From NCBI GenBank assembly GCA_964537315.1, contig CAZIAP010000005.1, positions 18,669 to 82,668 of the forward strand: 64,000 nt of DNA. The letters are read 5' to 3'. The translations under genes were made by a program, and so were the position numbers. This document shows, piece after piece, positions 19,224 through 29,145 of this stretch. Position 1 is the stretch's first letter. Every line of letters begins with the position of its first letter. The notes beneath the pieces were generated by a model. It did not search any database and had not been told where the DNA came from. It saw only the letters and a program-made list of their open reading frames with translations. The stretch comes from an uncultured Gammaproteobacteria bacterium (lineage in GTDB: Bacteria > Patescibacteriota > Microgenomatia > Levybacterales > GWA1-39-11).

Positions 19224-19273
19224 CTCAACCTACACAATTGATAACCGCAGTCATCAGATGTATAATCTCATAA

Positions 19274-19954
19274 ATGAGTGAAGTTCTAAGAGATAATCCT
19301 GAACTGCCCGCTCCGACTCCTATAGAGGAAATTAGTAAATTCTGTACGAATATAGAGTTTGACTCCATACTGTTACCCGAAGAACAAAGACGACTTTATA
19401 GTCCTTTATTAAACTCGCTTAAATACGCAGTCGGCCATGATCGGTACGTTATGAAATATTTGGATTATCAAAAAAATCATTATGTAAACCAAAGACTTTC
19501 TTCATCCGAGTTATTCTTTATAAACAAATCTATCATAAATAAGTATTCTACGTTTGATGTAACGACTGAGGAACAAAATGAGGTTTTTCGTACGAGACTT
19601 GAAGGGTGGGCAAAGAAAATAGATAGTCCTTCAATTGTTGCGATAGAAAATAATAATACACCTGAGTTGATTGTTCGAGCTAACTATATTGGAGGTACAA
19701 CTTACGATAATTATGTCATTCCCGGTACCGCAATAGGAGCAGTTCGTTTTATACCTGATAAAAGTAGTATTGATGAACTATACGTGAATTCAAACGATAT
19801 AGAATATTCACTGCAAAATAATTTAGATTATAGTCCTATCTCTGATTATCATGCTGAAATATTAAAAAATATATTGAGCGTGACTGAACAAAAAATAAAA
19901 AAAGAATACGAGCAAGTGGTAAATTTTGTTGGTAAAGTTAAAGGATTAGAATAA
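19274..19954 (+). CDS. hypothetical protein
   Basis: 226-aa ORF; TATAAT 7 nt upstream of the ATG. Confidence 0.7.
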   Translation: MSEVLRDNPELPAPTPIEEISKFCTNIEFDSILLPEEQRRLYSPLLNSLKYAVGHDRYVMKYLDYQKNHYVNQRLSSSELFFINKSIINKYSTFDVTTEEQNEVFRTRLEGWAKKIDSPSIVAIENNNTPELIVRANYIGGTTYDNYVIPGTAIGAVRFIPDKSSIDELYVNSNDIEYSLQNNLDYSPISDYHAEILKNILSVTEQKIKKEYEQVVNFVGKVKGLE

Positions 19955-19975
19955 TCAGACTAGCGGCTTAAAGTG

Positions 19976-20788
19976 TTACTTATTAATTTTTTCTCTTAAT
20001 TTCCGTAGTATATCCATTTTTCTGACAATATCATTTAGTAAAGTTCTTTCAATGCCTGCAAAAATATCATAATTTTCATTTTTTGCTTTTTTAAGTCTGG
20101 TGCGCCAGCTATACCATTCTGATACTCTTAATTCTTGATATGCATTATTTTGATCTTCAATTTGTTTATTGATCTCTATAATAATAGCTTCTAGTTCTTC
20201 AATAGAGTGTTCTGTATCTTCAGATATTATTGATTCTTTTTCTAACTGCTTTAATTTGTCTAAGTTGTGCTCTTCGTAAGCTCTGTTAATTTGTTTCATC
20301 ATTTCTTCCCGATGTTTTTTTTCATCCATATCTTGGACTAGATCTGGGTGAAACTTTGCAACAAGTTTTTTCCATATTTTTCTTAGCTCTTCGGTTGCGT
20401 ACTTGGCTTTTGATCCGGAACGTTCTTTGAATATCTGCTCTTCTTGACGCATCTGTTCTCTTTCTTGTTCGTATTGACGCTGTTTTGCATAATACGTATC
20501 GTTGAGTTGTTCAACTGCGTCTTTATAACTGAGTCCTTGCTCGATGAGCTGAATAACATTACGCAGATATATAATTTCTAAGTCCAATTGGTTATCTTTG
20601 AGATATAAACTACCCACTCTTACGTCATATTCTTGTTTTACCATATCCAGCTCTACTCGCAGCATCTCTGTTTTAGTTACTATTTTGGTTAGCAGAATAC
20701 GCTTTTTACGGATGATGTTCTTAAGTTTTCTTTTTTTTATTTCTTCTTCATTTGAAAGAAGAATTGGTGAAAGAGTATTTTTTCCCAT
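19976..20788 (-). CDS. coiled-coil protein with internal J-domain
   Basis: WKKLVAKFHPDL...MKQINRAYE. Confidence 0.8.
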   Translation of the reverse strand: MGKNTLSPILLSNEEEIKKRKLKNIIRKKRILLTKIVTKTEMLRVELDMVKQEYDVRVGSLYLKDNQLDLEIIYLRNVIQLIEQGLSYKDAVEQLNDTYYAKQRQYEQEREQMRQEEQIFKERSGSKAKYATEELRKIWKKLVAKFHPDLVQDMDEKKHREEMMKQINRAYEEHNLDKLKQLEKESIISEDTEHSIEELEAIIIEINKQIEDQNNAYQELRVSEWYSWRTRLKKAKNENYDIFAGIERTLLNDIVRKMDILRKLREKINK

Positions 20789-20909
20789 AGTTATAAAGTA
20801 TATCGCATAAAGTTCTTTATAAATACTTGCTTCGTCTTTATTACATTATTACGTAATTATCATATTTATGCTCCAAGATTAGATAAATTTTCTGTATAAT
20901 ACCTCCAGT

Positions 20910-22394
20910 GTGAATAAAATGAATAGATTAGTTGATTATCTAAATCCATTTGCGCGCATAGGAAAAAGAAGTTATTCCTTTGTCTTCCCGTTCTTTTTTA
21001 CACTTTTGGTTGTTGTTGTAATTGAATTGGTAGGATATGTCATTCTGAAAGATCCGGACAGAACTTCTATTTACGCAATCATTGCAACAATTGCAGCTAT
21101 CATTTACTGCTCGTTTCGTGATGGTTTGAAAGGAGGGCTAACCGCAACAGTTGGCACATTACTGTATTACTTTCATATTATATATACACGTAGCTATCAA
21201 GGTGAGAGATTAGAATCAGCTTTGATAATGGTTGCTCTATTAAGTTCCATTAATTTTTCTGTAGCGATGGTAATCGGATGGTTGAGGCAGACAATCGATA
21301 AACTAATCGAAAGAGAAATAAACGAAAAGCAAAGACTGGAAGCGGTTATTCAGCAAATTCCTGCGGGAGTAATAATTGCGGACAAAGAGGGAAATATCGT
21401 GCAAAGTAATGAACGTTTCAATAAAATTTTTAATAACAAGGGTCGGTTAGACATAAAAGTCGGAAAGGTTACTGCGCCAAACGCAACATATAAAGGCAAG
21501 CCAGTTAAGCCAAAACAATGGCCATTAGCACAAGCTTTATTCAATGGTCGACAAGTATTAGGTAAAGAATATATATTTCGTAAAAAAAGAGTGAACCAGG
21601 CAATACAAATTAGTGCTGCGCCAATCAAAGGTAGAGATGGGAATATCCTAGCCGCAGTGTGTATCATGACTGATGTGACTGCCCAAAGAGAGTTGGAACG
21701 GCAAAAAGATGAGTTTATAGGGATTGCAAGTCATGAGTTAAAAACTCCTGTTACGAGTATCAAAGCATACACGCAGGTACTAAAACATAATTTTAGTAAA
21801 AGCGGAGACAAAGATTCGGTTAACCAGCTTGAAAAGATGGATGCTCAGTTAAATAAACTGACTGACTTAATTGGTGACTTATTAGATGTAACAAAAATTG
21901 AATCAGGTCAAATTCAGTTCAATGAAAGCTTGTTTGACTTTGACAAAGTAGTTAAAGAACAAGTGTCTCAGATGCAATTAACCACTCAACGGCATACCCT
22001 ATCGTTAAGATGCAATACTAATGCAAAAATTTATGGCGATAGTGAGAGGGTAGGTCAGGTGCTTACGAATCTTATCTCAAATGCGATTAAATACTCTCCA
22101 CACGCAAAAAAAATAATTATTGAAGGAAAGAGGGTAAAAAATAATGTTGAATTATCTGTCAGGGATTTTGGTATCGGAATGTCAAAAAGCAATAGTGGAA
22201 AAGTGTTTGAAAGATTTTATAGAATAAGCGGTCCTAATAACCAAACTTTTCCTGGACTTGGACTGGGGTTATACATATCATCTGAAATAATCAAAAGAAT
22301 GGGTGGAAAAATTTGGGTTGAAAGTGAGGAAGGTAAAGGATCCACGTTTTTCTTTTCGTTGCCGATTAAGGATAATAATAAGAAGAAAGCTTAA
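20910..22394 (+). CDS. membrane sensor histidine kinase with PAS domain
   Basis: Four TM helices; SHELKTP, NLISNAIKYS, DFGIG and GLGLGL boxes. Confidence 0.95.
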   Translation: MNKMNRLVDYLNPFARIGKRSYSFVFPFFFTLLVVVVIELVGYVILKDPDRTSIYAIIATIAAIIYCSFRDGLKGGLTATVGTLLYYFHIIYTRSYQGERLESALIMVALLSSINFSVAMVIGWLRQTIDKLIEREINEKQRLEAVIQQIPAGVIIADKEGNIVQSNERFNKIFNNKGRLDIKVGKVTAPNATYKGKPVKPKQWPLAQALFNGRQVLGKEYIFRKKRVNQAIQISAAPIKGRDGNILAAVCIMTDVTAQRELERQKDEFIGIASHELKTPVTSIKAYTQVLKHNFSKSGDKDSVNQLEKMDAQLNKLTDLIGDLLDVTKIESGQIQFNESLFDFDKVVKEQVSQMQLTTQRHTLSLRCNTNAKIYGDSERVGQVLTNLISNAIKYSPHAKKIIIEGKRVKNNVELSVRDFGIGMSKSNSGKVFERFYRISGPNNQTFPGLGLGLYISSEIIKRMGGKIWVESEEGKGSTFFFSLPIKDNNKKKA

Positions 22395-22467
22395 CAACTT
22401 ATTCTTTCAAAATTCTTATGTTATAAAGTTATAATTAAAATCCTGACTTGTTTTAAAAAATATACTA

Positions 22468-22851
22468 ATGAAGTTTGAAGACGGAAAAAAACATGATAAG
22501 AAAAAAATACTTGTAGCTGACGATGATCAAGGCATTGTAGATGCAATAAAATTAATGCTGGAGACTGTTGGATACGATGTGGCTACTACTGTTGACGGAG
22601 AGACAGTGCTTAAGCTGAAAGAAGAATTACCGGATCTTCTCTTGTTAGATATTTGGATGTCAGGTCAGGATGGGCGAGACATCTGCAGATATCTGAAAGG
22701 TAGAGAGGACACAAAACGTATTCCGGTCATTATGATTTCTGCAAATAAAGACACAGAGACCATTGCAAAACAAGTCGGTGCAGATGATTTTGTTTCTAAA
22801 CCTTTTGAGATGGATGAACTATTGGAAAAGATAGAGAGATTGGTTAATTGA
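22468..22851 (+). CDS. single-domain response regulator receiver
   Basis: VADDD, LLDIWM and KPF motifs; no output domain. Confidence 0.93.
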   Translation: MKFEDGKKHDKKKILVADDDQGIVDAIKLMLETVGYDVATTVDGETVLKLKEELPDLLLLDIWMSGQDGRDICRYLKGREDTKRIPVIMISANKDTETIAKQVGADDFVSKPFEMDELLEKIERLVN

Positions 22852-22901
22852 TAGTCAGTATATTAATTATTAACGCAATTTAACTCGTTAATAATAAATT
22901 T

Positions 22902-23543
22902 CTATTTCGATTGATAGTTTGTAAATTCTTGGGCACAGCTGTTTCCATGACATGCGACACAGCTATATTTAAAGTCTCCTATAATTGCGTCGTGGTGAAT
23001 CTTATCATTTACCCACCACTTAAAAGCAGATTCTTCAGTACTCATGGAAATAATATTTTCTGTATTCCAGTAATCGAGATTTCTTGATTGTAAACCAGCG
23101 TGTAAGTTACCGTTTTTAACCTCATCAGATATCTCAGGCGCTCTAGAATGAGCAAGTTCACAGGTTTTTTGATCTTTTGTAAATGGTTGCAATCCTCTTT
23201 CTTTTCTGTACTCGTTTGACATATTAAACAGTTTTTCCGGATCAAGTCCTCCTTTGTTTGAAATGGACTTAGTCTCGGGTGCTGAAGTTGGTTTAGGTGT
23301 TGCTGTTGTAGATGGAGATTTAGTTAAGACTGGTTCAGAAGCCTGAGTAGATATAGCAGGCTTTTTTTCTGGCTCTCCCACGTCCGTTGTAAGAATGGGA
23401 AGCTGGGTATAAGTCTCTTTGCTGTCTGAGGAATTCACATTTTCTGTATCAGTCTTTTGCTGTGCATGAACGTGAGCAACTGTTACTAAAAACAGAAAGA
23501 ATCCAAGAATGACAAACGCGCTCTGAATTGTTCGGGAATTCAT
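22902..23543 (-). CDS. exported CAP domain protein
   Basis: Signal peptide, P/T linker, NEYRKERGL...CELA...H.G...TEN...W...HHDAI. Confidence 0.8.
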   Translation of the reverse strand: MNSRTIQSAFVILGFFLFLVTVAHVHAQQKTDTENVNSSDSKETYTQLPILTTDVGEPEKKPAISTQASEPVLTKSPSTTATPKPTSAPETKSISNKGGLDPEKLFNMSNEYRKERGLQPFTKDQKTCELAHSRAPEISDEVKNGNLHAGLQSRNLDYWNTENIISMSTEESAFKWWVNDKIHHDAIIGDFKYSCVACHGNSCAQEFTNYQSK

Positions 23544-23583
23544 AGGCCTAATTAGTATAGACACAGCGAGTGCGAATATGCAA

Positions 23584-23625
23584 TTGTCTGATTTTTGTCC
23601 ACACCCAGTCCGTATAGCGTCAAGC
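23584..23625. promoter_or_regulatory. four GTC-core boxes at exact 11-bp spacing (copy 1)
   Basis: GTC at 23586, 23597, 23608 and 23619; block conserved with 26080-26121. Confidence 0.55.
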
Positions 23626-23675
23626 GCACTGATTTAGTATCAAGTATGATCAATTTAGGAAGTAGGTGAGTATAC

Positions 23676-23837
23676 ATGACAGAGCATATATACAGACATA
23701 ACTTACAAGAATATCTAACATTTTATTTTGAAAAATGGCCACAGATAGAAAAATCCATAAATGAGTCATTAAATGACAGGATCAAATCAGAGTTTGTGCT
23801 AGCAGACCAAAGTTTGAATATAGAGAGTAAAGAATGA
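23676..23837 (+). CDS. 53-aa hypothetical protein, below the ORF-track cutoff
   Basis: AGGTGAG SD-like sequence plus ATG; MTEHIYRHNLQEYLTFYFEKWPQIEKSINESLNDRIKSEFVLADQSLNIESKE. Confidence 0.45.
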   Translation: MTEHIYRHNLQEYLTFYFEKWPQIEKSINESLNDRIKSEFVLADQSLNIESKE

Positions 23838-23885
23838 AAATGTGCCTGCTTTGTATTCTAGTAGAAAACGATGTAGAATGAGTTT

Positions 23886-24479
23886 ATGCCTTTGAAAACT
23901 ATCCTTGTGGATATGGATGGCGTACTGGCAGATTTTGAAAACGGGTTTATCGAACAATTTCGTCAAAGCTATCCTACTATTCCCTCTGTACCTGTAGGTG
24001 AAAGGAAAAATTTTTATTTAACAAGTGATTATCCGTTGGAGATGCGTAAAAATGTTGAGCAGATTTACCATACTCCTGGGTTCTTTGAGAACTTACCGAT
24101 AATTGCCGGTGGAAAAGAGTCTCTGGAATTAATGCGCTCAGTAGGTCATGAAGTTTTTATCTGCACTAGTTCACTGACCCGGTATGACGACTGTGTACTG
24201 GAAAAGTATAATTGGATTGCAAAAAATTTAGGATATGAGTGGACGAGGCGTATGATTCTAACATCGGACAAAACTCTTGTTAAAGGTGACTACCTTATTG
24301 ATGATAAACCAAATCCGATTGGTGTCGGTAATGCTGCGTGGGAACATATTGTGTATGACGCTCCGTACAATCGTGATATAACAAACAAACGTAGAATTAC
24401 ATGGAATACATTGAGTACTGTATTAGGAGAATTGGCTGTTCCAGTAGTACAAAATATGAAATTTTACGGTGAAAATTAA
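23886..24479 (+). CDS. 5'(3')-deoxyribonucleotidase (NT5C, HAD)
   Basis: LVDMDGVLADF, ICTS, EKYNWI and GDYLIDD motifs. Confidence 0.9.
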   Translation: MPLKTILVDMDGVLADFENGFIEQFRQSYPTIPSVPVGERKNFYLTSDYPLEMRKNVEQIYHTPGFFENLPIIAGGKESLELMRSVGHEVFICTSSLTRYDDCVLEKYNWIAKNLGYEWTRRMILTSDKTLVKGDYLIDDKPNPIGVGNAAWEHIVYDAPYNRDITNKRRITWNTLSTVLGELAVPVVQNMKFYGEN

Positions 24480-25053
24480 TATTATCGGGCTTCCTGCCAG
24501 TGGAAAAACTACACTTGCAGCAAATCTAACAAAAACTTACTCTCTCCCCTGCCTAAATCTAGATACACATATTTTTAAACTGGTTAAAAAAAAGAGAAGA
24601 GTCCGTGTTTCTTCAGATACCTATTTAAAGACGATCAAGCGGTTTATGAAAAGAAAAAATTGGATAATTGAAGGTATTTATACATTTGATGAAGTAATAA
24701 AAGAAGCGGACATTATTATATTTGTAGAACGTTCATTCTCAAAACTAATTTATTTACAATGGAAAAGATTTTTTACTAACAAAAGTCAGAGATTGGAATA
24801 TGGCTTTATAAGCAATCTTAAACTTTCATGGTTTATATATAACCTATACTTTAATAAAGTGGGTGTAGCTGTATATGACAACCAAAAACCTCTAACTATA
24901 TCTGATATACATACAAAATTATCAAAATACAAAAAGAAGGTGCAAATAATGCGTACAGGGTCTGAAATGAATATGTTCGTAGCAAGTTTGAATGCTAAAA
25001 AGTTATTTTTTATCTGTTGTTTTCTCTGCTATGGACATCTGTTGAATTTCTAG
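24469..25053 (+). CDS. P-loop NMP-kinase-like protein (FlaR/topology modulation type)
   Basis: IIGLPASGKTT, LNLD and WIIEG motifs. Confidence 0.75.
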   Translation: MKINIIGLPASGKTTLAANLTKTYSLPCLNLDTHIFKLVKKKRRVRVSSDTYLKTIKRFMKRKNWIIEGIYTFDEVIKEADIIIFVERSFSKLIYLQWKRFFTNKSQRLEYGFISNLKLSWFIYNLYFNKVGVAVYDNQKPLTISDIHTKLSKYKKKVQIMRTGSEMNMFVASLNAKKLFFICCFLCYGHLLNF

Positions 25054-25237
25054 GTGCAATCATTAAGATATGAGCATAAATTAGCATCGAGTAAATATTG
25101 TAGCTAGACATGCGTAGCTTACGCTTGAATGAATAAGTATTGAGAACAAGAAATGAATATTGGACGTAATAATCGAGCGAAATGATCAAGTAGTTAAATA
25201 ATGGAGTATAAAAATTGCTTGAAGTGTTTAAAACAGG

Positions 25238-25963
25238 TTATGGCCTCCACCCTTCATATGCGTAGTAGTTACCATACGCTTCTACGCAAACGTAAGGAGT
25301 ATCCTGTCTCATGTTTTCAGCATGACCTGGGGAGTTTATCCACATAGAAACTACATTTTTGTAATTTGATGTCATCGCTAGATTCTCAGTGATTCTAGAA
25401 TAAGAAGGGTAAGGTAGAGTTTTATTTCTAATCCGATTTGAAAATCCGTCGTGGCTAAAATCAGTTGAGATTTCTTTGGCTCTAACTTTGGCAAACTTGC
25501 AAGTATACGGATCAGTAACAACTTCTGATAAACCTTTCGATGCGCGATATTTATTTATCTCCTTCATTATATATATCTGTACTTGATTAGTTTGTGTATC
25601 AGATGGTTTTGTTGCGGTAGGTGTTGGCTTATCATTTTTCGGACTAATTACTGTTGGAGTTGGCGTATTATTTTTTGTGGGTGTAGGAGTCAAAGTGGGT
25701 GTCAGGCTAACCGATGTTGGCTCTCTATCTGGTGAAATGGTACTAGATGGTGTTGGTCGAACTTCTTCTATATTAATTTTTATTTCTTTATTTATATTAA
25801 TACGATGTTCTTTAAATTTTTGTTTGAAGGTCTCGAATTGGGCTTTTGTTTTTTCACTAATCTGTTGCTTTAGATCGTCGTGAGTAACAGCTTGAGTGTT
25901 ATATGGAAAAATTAGAGAAAAAGTTATTACAATTGCGAGGACAATTGTGACGGGCAGTTTCAT
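25238..25963 (-). CDS. exported CAP domain protein
   Basis: INKYRASKGL, FSH, TENLA and WINSPGHAENM motifs. Confidence 0.88.
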   Translation of the reverse strand: MKLPVTIVLAIVITFSLIFPYNTQAVTHDDLKQQISEKTKAQFETFKQKFKEHRININKEIKINIEEVRPTPSSTISPDREPTSVSLTPTLTPTPTKNNTPTPTVISPKNDKPTPTATKPSDTQTNQVQIYIMKEINKYRASKGLSEVVTDPYTCKFAKVRAKEISTDFSHDGFSNRIRNKTLPYPSYSRITENLAMTSNYKNVVSMWINSPGHAENMRQDTPYVCVEAYGNYYAYEGWRP

Positions 25964-26079
25964 GAACGTCTAATCTACCGCAGTAGGCTTTAATTGTCAA
26001 ATCCTATAACACAAGATATAAGCTGACTTAACTCAAGATATCAATCAACCAATTGTAAGAGAATTGTTCAAGATAAGTT

Positions 26080-26121
26080 TTGTCTTAATTCTGTCAGAAA
26101 ACAGTCCGTACTCCGTCAAGC
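26080..26121. promoter_or_regulatory. four GTC-core boxes at exact 11-bp spacing (copy 2)
   Basis: GTC at 26082, 26093, 26104 and 26115. Confidence 0.55.
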
Positions 26122-26226
26122 AGTAAAGCCCAAGCTTGAGTAATATAAGGTTATGATATTCTACAAAGAAGTTTCAGGTTACAACTTACCTAACTCTCCT
26201 CCGTAGGAAATACACGCAGCAATTCC

Positions 26227-26282
26227 CTAGAAAGTATTAATTAGAAACTAGAAATTAGATATTAGAAATTAGATATTAGATA
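26227..26282. repeat. heptamer tandem array YTAGAWA
   Basis: ttagaaa ctagaaa ttagata ttagaaa ttagata ttagata at 26241-26282, plus an in-phase unit at 26227. Confidence 0.8.
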
Positions 26283-26305
26283 TGTATCCTCTTAAAAATT
26301 AAAAT

Positions 26306-26773
26306 TTATTCTGTTTGTTCTGTTGGAGTTGGTGAAGCAGTAGTCCTTGTAGGTGAAGGTGTTACTGTTTCTGATAGTTGTATCCTAATCGCTTCATATC
26401 CTCCCTCGCTTGGTTGCACAATTGCTTGTATCTGCATCCCTTGCCGCAAACTATTCCTGGAGATTTCAGTACCGTTTCTGTTAGTAATTGCTGTGTCCTC
26501 AGTTATATAAATCAACATTGCTGATCCGTTTTGTTCAATTGTGGCGGTTAACGAGTTTTTATATGTAACCGGAGTATCTGAAATTGTCAGTATTTCTCCA
26601 TCTATTACTTGCTCTGCTGGTGTAGGAGACGCGGTAGGTTCAACCGGTTGCGTAGGAAATGCAACGGTCTGATTTTCCTCTCTTTGAGGTTGACTGGCAA
26701 TCAATAAAATACCAAATAATAGAATAATTACCAACGCAACCACACTTGCGATTACCATCCGTGATGATCTCAT
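26306..26773 (-). CDS. membrane-anchored hypothetical protein
   Basis: N-terminal TM helix, P/T linkers, small beta-rich domain. Confidence 0.75.
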   Translation of the reverse strand: MRSSRMVIASVVALVIILLFGILLIASQPQREENQTVAFPTQPVEPTASPTPAEQVIDGEILTISDTPVTYKNSLTATIEQNGSAMLIYITEDTAITNRNGTEISRNSLRQGMQIQAIVQPSEGGYEAIRIQLSETVTPSPTRTTASPTPTEQTE

Positions 26774-26864
26774 ATCTCGTAATTATTACATATATTTGCA
26801 AAAAATATGTAACAAAACAGATAAATATGACTATTAATTACTCCTAAACCATTAATACCCAAAA

Positions 26865-26956
26865 CAGTATACCGTATACAGAATACTGTATACACGATAC
26901 TCAATACTTCATACCGACTACTGAATATTCGATTGCTGAATCCAGACTGCTGATTG
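26865..26956. repeat. degenerate heptamer array, about 13 units
   Basis: cagtata ccgtata cagaata ctgtata cacgata ctcaata cttcata ccgacta ctgaata... Confidence 0.7.
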
Positions 26957-26973
26957 TGTATAATTATGGCATT

Positions 26974-27840
26974 ATGCCAGTGGATAAATATTCCGCGGTT
27001 TGGGTGTCACATTCTTCCATAGGTGATTTTCTGAAATGTCCCAGATCATATTTTCTTAAAAACGTATATAAAAACCCGGATACCGGACACAAGATTCAGT
27101 TAGTTACTCCTCAGATGTCCTTGGGTCAGGCGGTTCATGATACTTTAGAATCGCTATCAGTATTACCTGCAGACAAAAGGTTTCTTGAATCTTTACAAGA
27201 TCGATTTGAGTTGGCGTGGAAAAAAGTCGAGGGTAAAAAAGGTGGGTTTACTAGTGAAGAAGCAGAGGTAGTTTACAAAGACAGGGGTAAAAATATGATT
27301 GAGAGAGTTTGGAGAAACCCCGGACCACTGAAAAACTTAGCTGTAAAGATAAAGATGGACCTTCCCCATTATTGGTTGTCAGAGGAAGATGGGATAATTC
27401 TCTGCGGTTTAATTGATTGGTTAGAGTATTTCCAAGACACTGATAGTGTACATATTATAGATTTTAAGACAAGCAAATCTGACGAAAATAAAGAGAGTTT
27501 ACAACTTCCGATATATAAACTATTAGTGGAGAACTGTCAAACCCGTCCGCTAATTAAAGCAAGCTATTGGTATCTGGAAAGAAACGATGAACCAACCGAA
27601 GTAGAACTTCCTGGTAGTGAAGAATCTCATGAAAAAATAATTAAAATCTCTCGTCAGATTAAGGTAGCCAGACAGTTATCGAGATTTAAGTGCAGTCACG
27701 AAACAGGTTGTTATGCGTGTGAACCGTATGAAGCTATTATTAGAGGTGAGGCAGAATATCTGGGAGTAGATGAGTATAACAAGGATAAATATCTTCTAAA
27801 GACTGACACTTTAGAGAATATAGAAAGCGAAGTTTTATAA
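26974..27840 (+). CDS. PD-(D/E)XK nuclease family protein (RecB/Cas4-like, four Cys)
   Basis: SHSSI..FLKCPR, GLIDWL, IIDFKT, QLPIY and C-terminal C..C..C motifs. Confidence 0.88.
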   Translation: MPVDKYSAVWVSHSSIGDFLKCPRSYFLKNVYKNPDTGHKIQLVTPQMSLGQAVHDTLESLSVLPADKRFLESLQDRFELAWKKVEGKKGGFTSEEAEVVYKDRGKNMIERVWRNPGPLKNLAVKIKMDLPHYWLSEEDGIILCGLIDWLEYFQDTDSVHIIDFKTSKSDENKESLQLPIYKLLVENCQTRPLIKASYWYLERNDEPTEVELPGSEESHEKIIKISRQIKVARQLSRFKCSHETGCYACEPYEAIIRGEAEYLGVDEYNKDKYLLKTDTLENIESEVL

Positions 27841-27847
27841 AGTTTTT

Positions 27848-28351
27848 ATGTTGCGAAACATACTGGTTATTACCGTTCTCTTATTAATAGGTAGTGCGGT
27901 GGCTTTCATGTTATTCAGAGAACAAGAAGGAACCTCTATTGAGTTTGCGGACTCTCTACAGAGTACATTTGGAGACGAAGCAGAGTACGTCAATAAACAG
28001 GCCAATTTTTCTATCAAATATCCAAATTCATGGAACCTAGAAGTAAAAACGTTTGATGCTGAAGATGATACGAGAGGGGTTAGATTACGTGGGAGAACAG
28101 GATATATAGATCTTTACTGGGCAGTTGAACATGAAAAAGGAGGATGTCAGCAAAGCTTCTCTCAATTACAGTTAGCAGAGGAGTCAATTGAAGTCTGTAA
28201 CTTTAAGCAAGATGATGACTCAGAAATTTGGAATCAGATTGTAAGAGACCGTGGAGAAATGATTTTTTGGTCAAATGCATATGCAGCTTCGCCTTCTGCT
28301 CAGACTCGCCAGGCAATACTTGATGTATTTTCTACACTCACCTTTTTTTAG
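27848..28351 (+). CDS. membrane-anchored hypothetical protein (PsbP-like FSIKYP.W motif)
   Basis: TM helix, FSIKYPNSW, C-terminal STLTF. Confidence 0.7.
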   Translation: MLRNILVITVLLLIGSAVAFMLFREQEGTSIEFADSLQSTFGDEAEYVNKQANFSIKYPNSWNLEVKTFDAEDDTRGVRLRGRTGYIDLYWAVEHEKGGCQQSFSQLQLAEESIEVCNFKQDDDSEIWNQIVRDRGEMIFWSNAYAASPSAQTRQAILDVFSTLTFF

Positions 28352-28399
28352 TTCTGAGCGGACTTGACAAATACTGAAAAATTCAGGTAACGTATATCT

Positions 28400-29143
28400 A
28401 TGCGAATAAAAATTGCAGCCTTGACTTCGGTTCTCTGTCTTTTAGTTACTGCCTCAGTTGTAATGGCGCAAGAGACAGGAGAGTCTCCTGATTCCAACCA
28501 ACAAGATGTAGTAACCACTCCAGTTGAAGGGAGTTTGAGATTAGGAAATGTACGTAAAGCACAAGTAAATGATACGGCAGAAGCAAAGATTTCGCATAGG
28601 GAAGAGATTCAAAAAAAACGTATGGAGTCTCTGAATGCCGCAGAAACCAAGCGGAACGAGTTTAAGCAGCAGTTGGCAGGTATCCGTGATAATCAGAAAA
28701 CAGCCACTGTTCAGAGATTAGATACACGTTTTGTCAGTATTAATAATTTGATTACAGATCGTTGGGTAACCGCGCTTGAAACAATGTCTGGTATGGTTGA
28801 TAGAGCAAGCTCTGAGGCAGCAGGCCTTGAAGAATCAGGAGTAAATACAAACTTACTTGATGCTGCAGTTACTCGTGCTCAGACTGCTATCACTACAGCA
28901 CAGACATCAGTAACTACACAAGCTGGAAAAGTTTACGTTATTAATATAACTACTGAGGCAGGTTTGCGAGCAAATGTAGGAGCGACAGTTTCTCAATTTA
29001 GGACAGACATTAGAAACACTCACAGTTCAGTAGTTGCTGCAAAACAAGCAGTAATGCAAGTTGTAAGAGCATTAGCTACAGCAAAGTTATCAGGTACGAC
29101 ACCGTCACCTAAAGCAACTGAAAGCGCTGTAATATCAGAATAA
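28400..29143 (+). CDS. exported helical hypothetical protein
   Basis: Signal peptide ending VMA-Q; coiled-coil body. Confidence 0.75.
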   Translation: MRIKIAALTSVLCLLVTASVVMAQETGESPDSNQQDVVTTPVEGSLRLGNVRKAQVNDTAEAKISHREEIQKKRMESLNAAETKRNEFKQQLAGIRDNQKTATVQRLDTRFVSINNLITDRWVTALETMSGMVDRASSEAAGLEESGVNTNLLDAAVTRAQTAITTAQTSVTTQAGKVYVINITTEAGLRANVGATVSQFRTDIRNTHSSVVAAKQAVMQVVRALATAKLSGTTPSPKATESAVISE

Positions 29144-29145
29144 AT

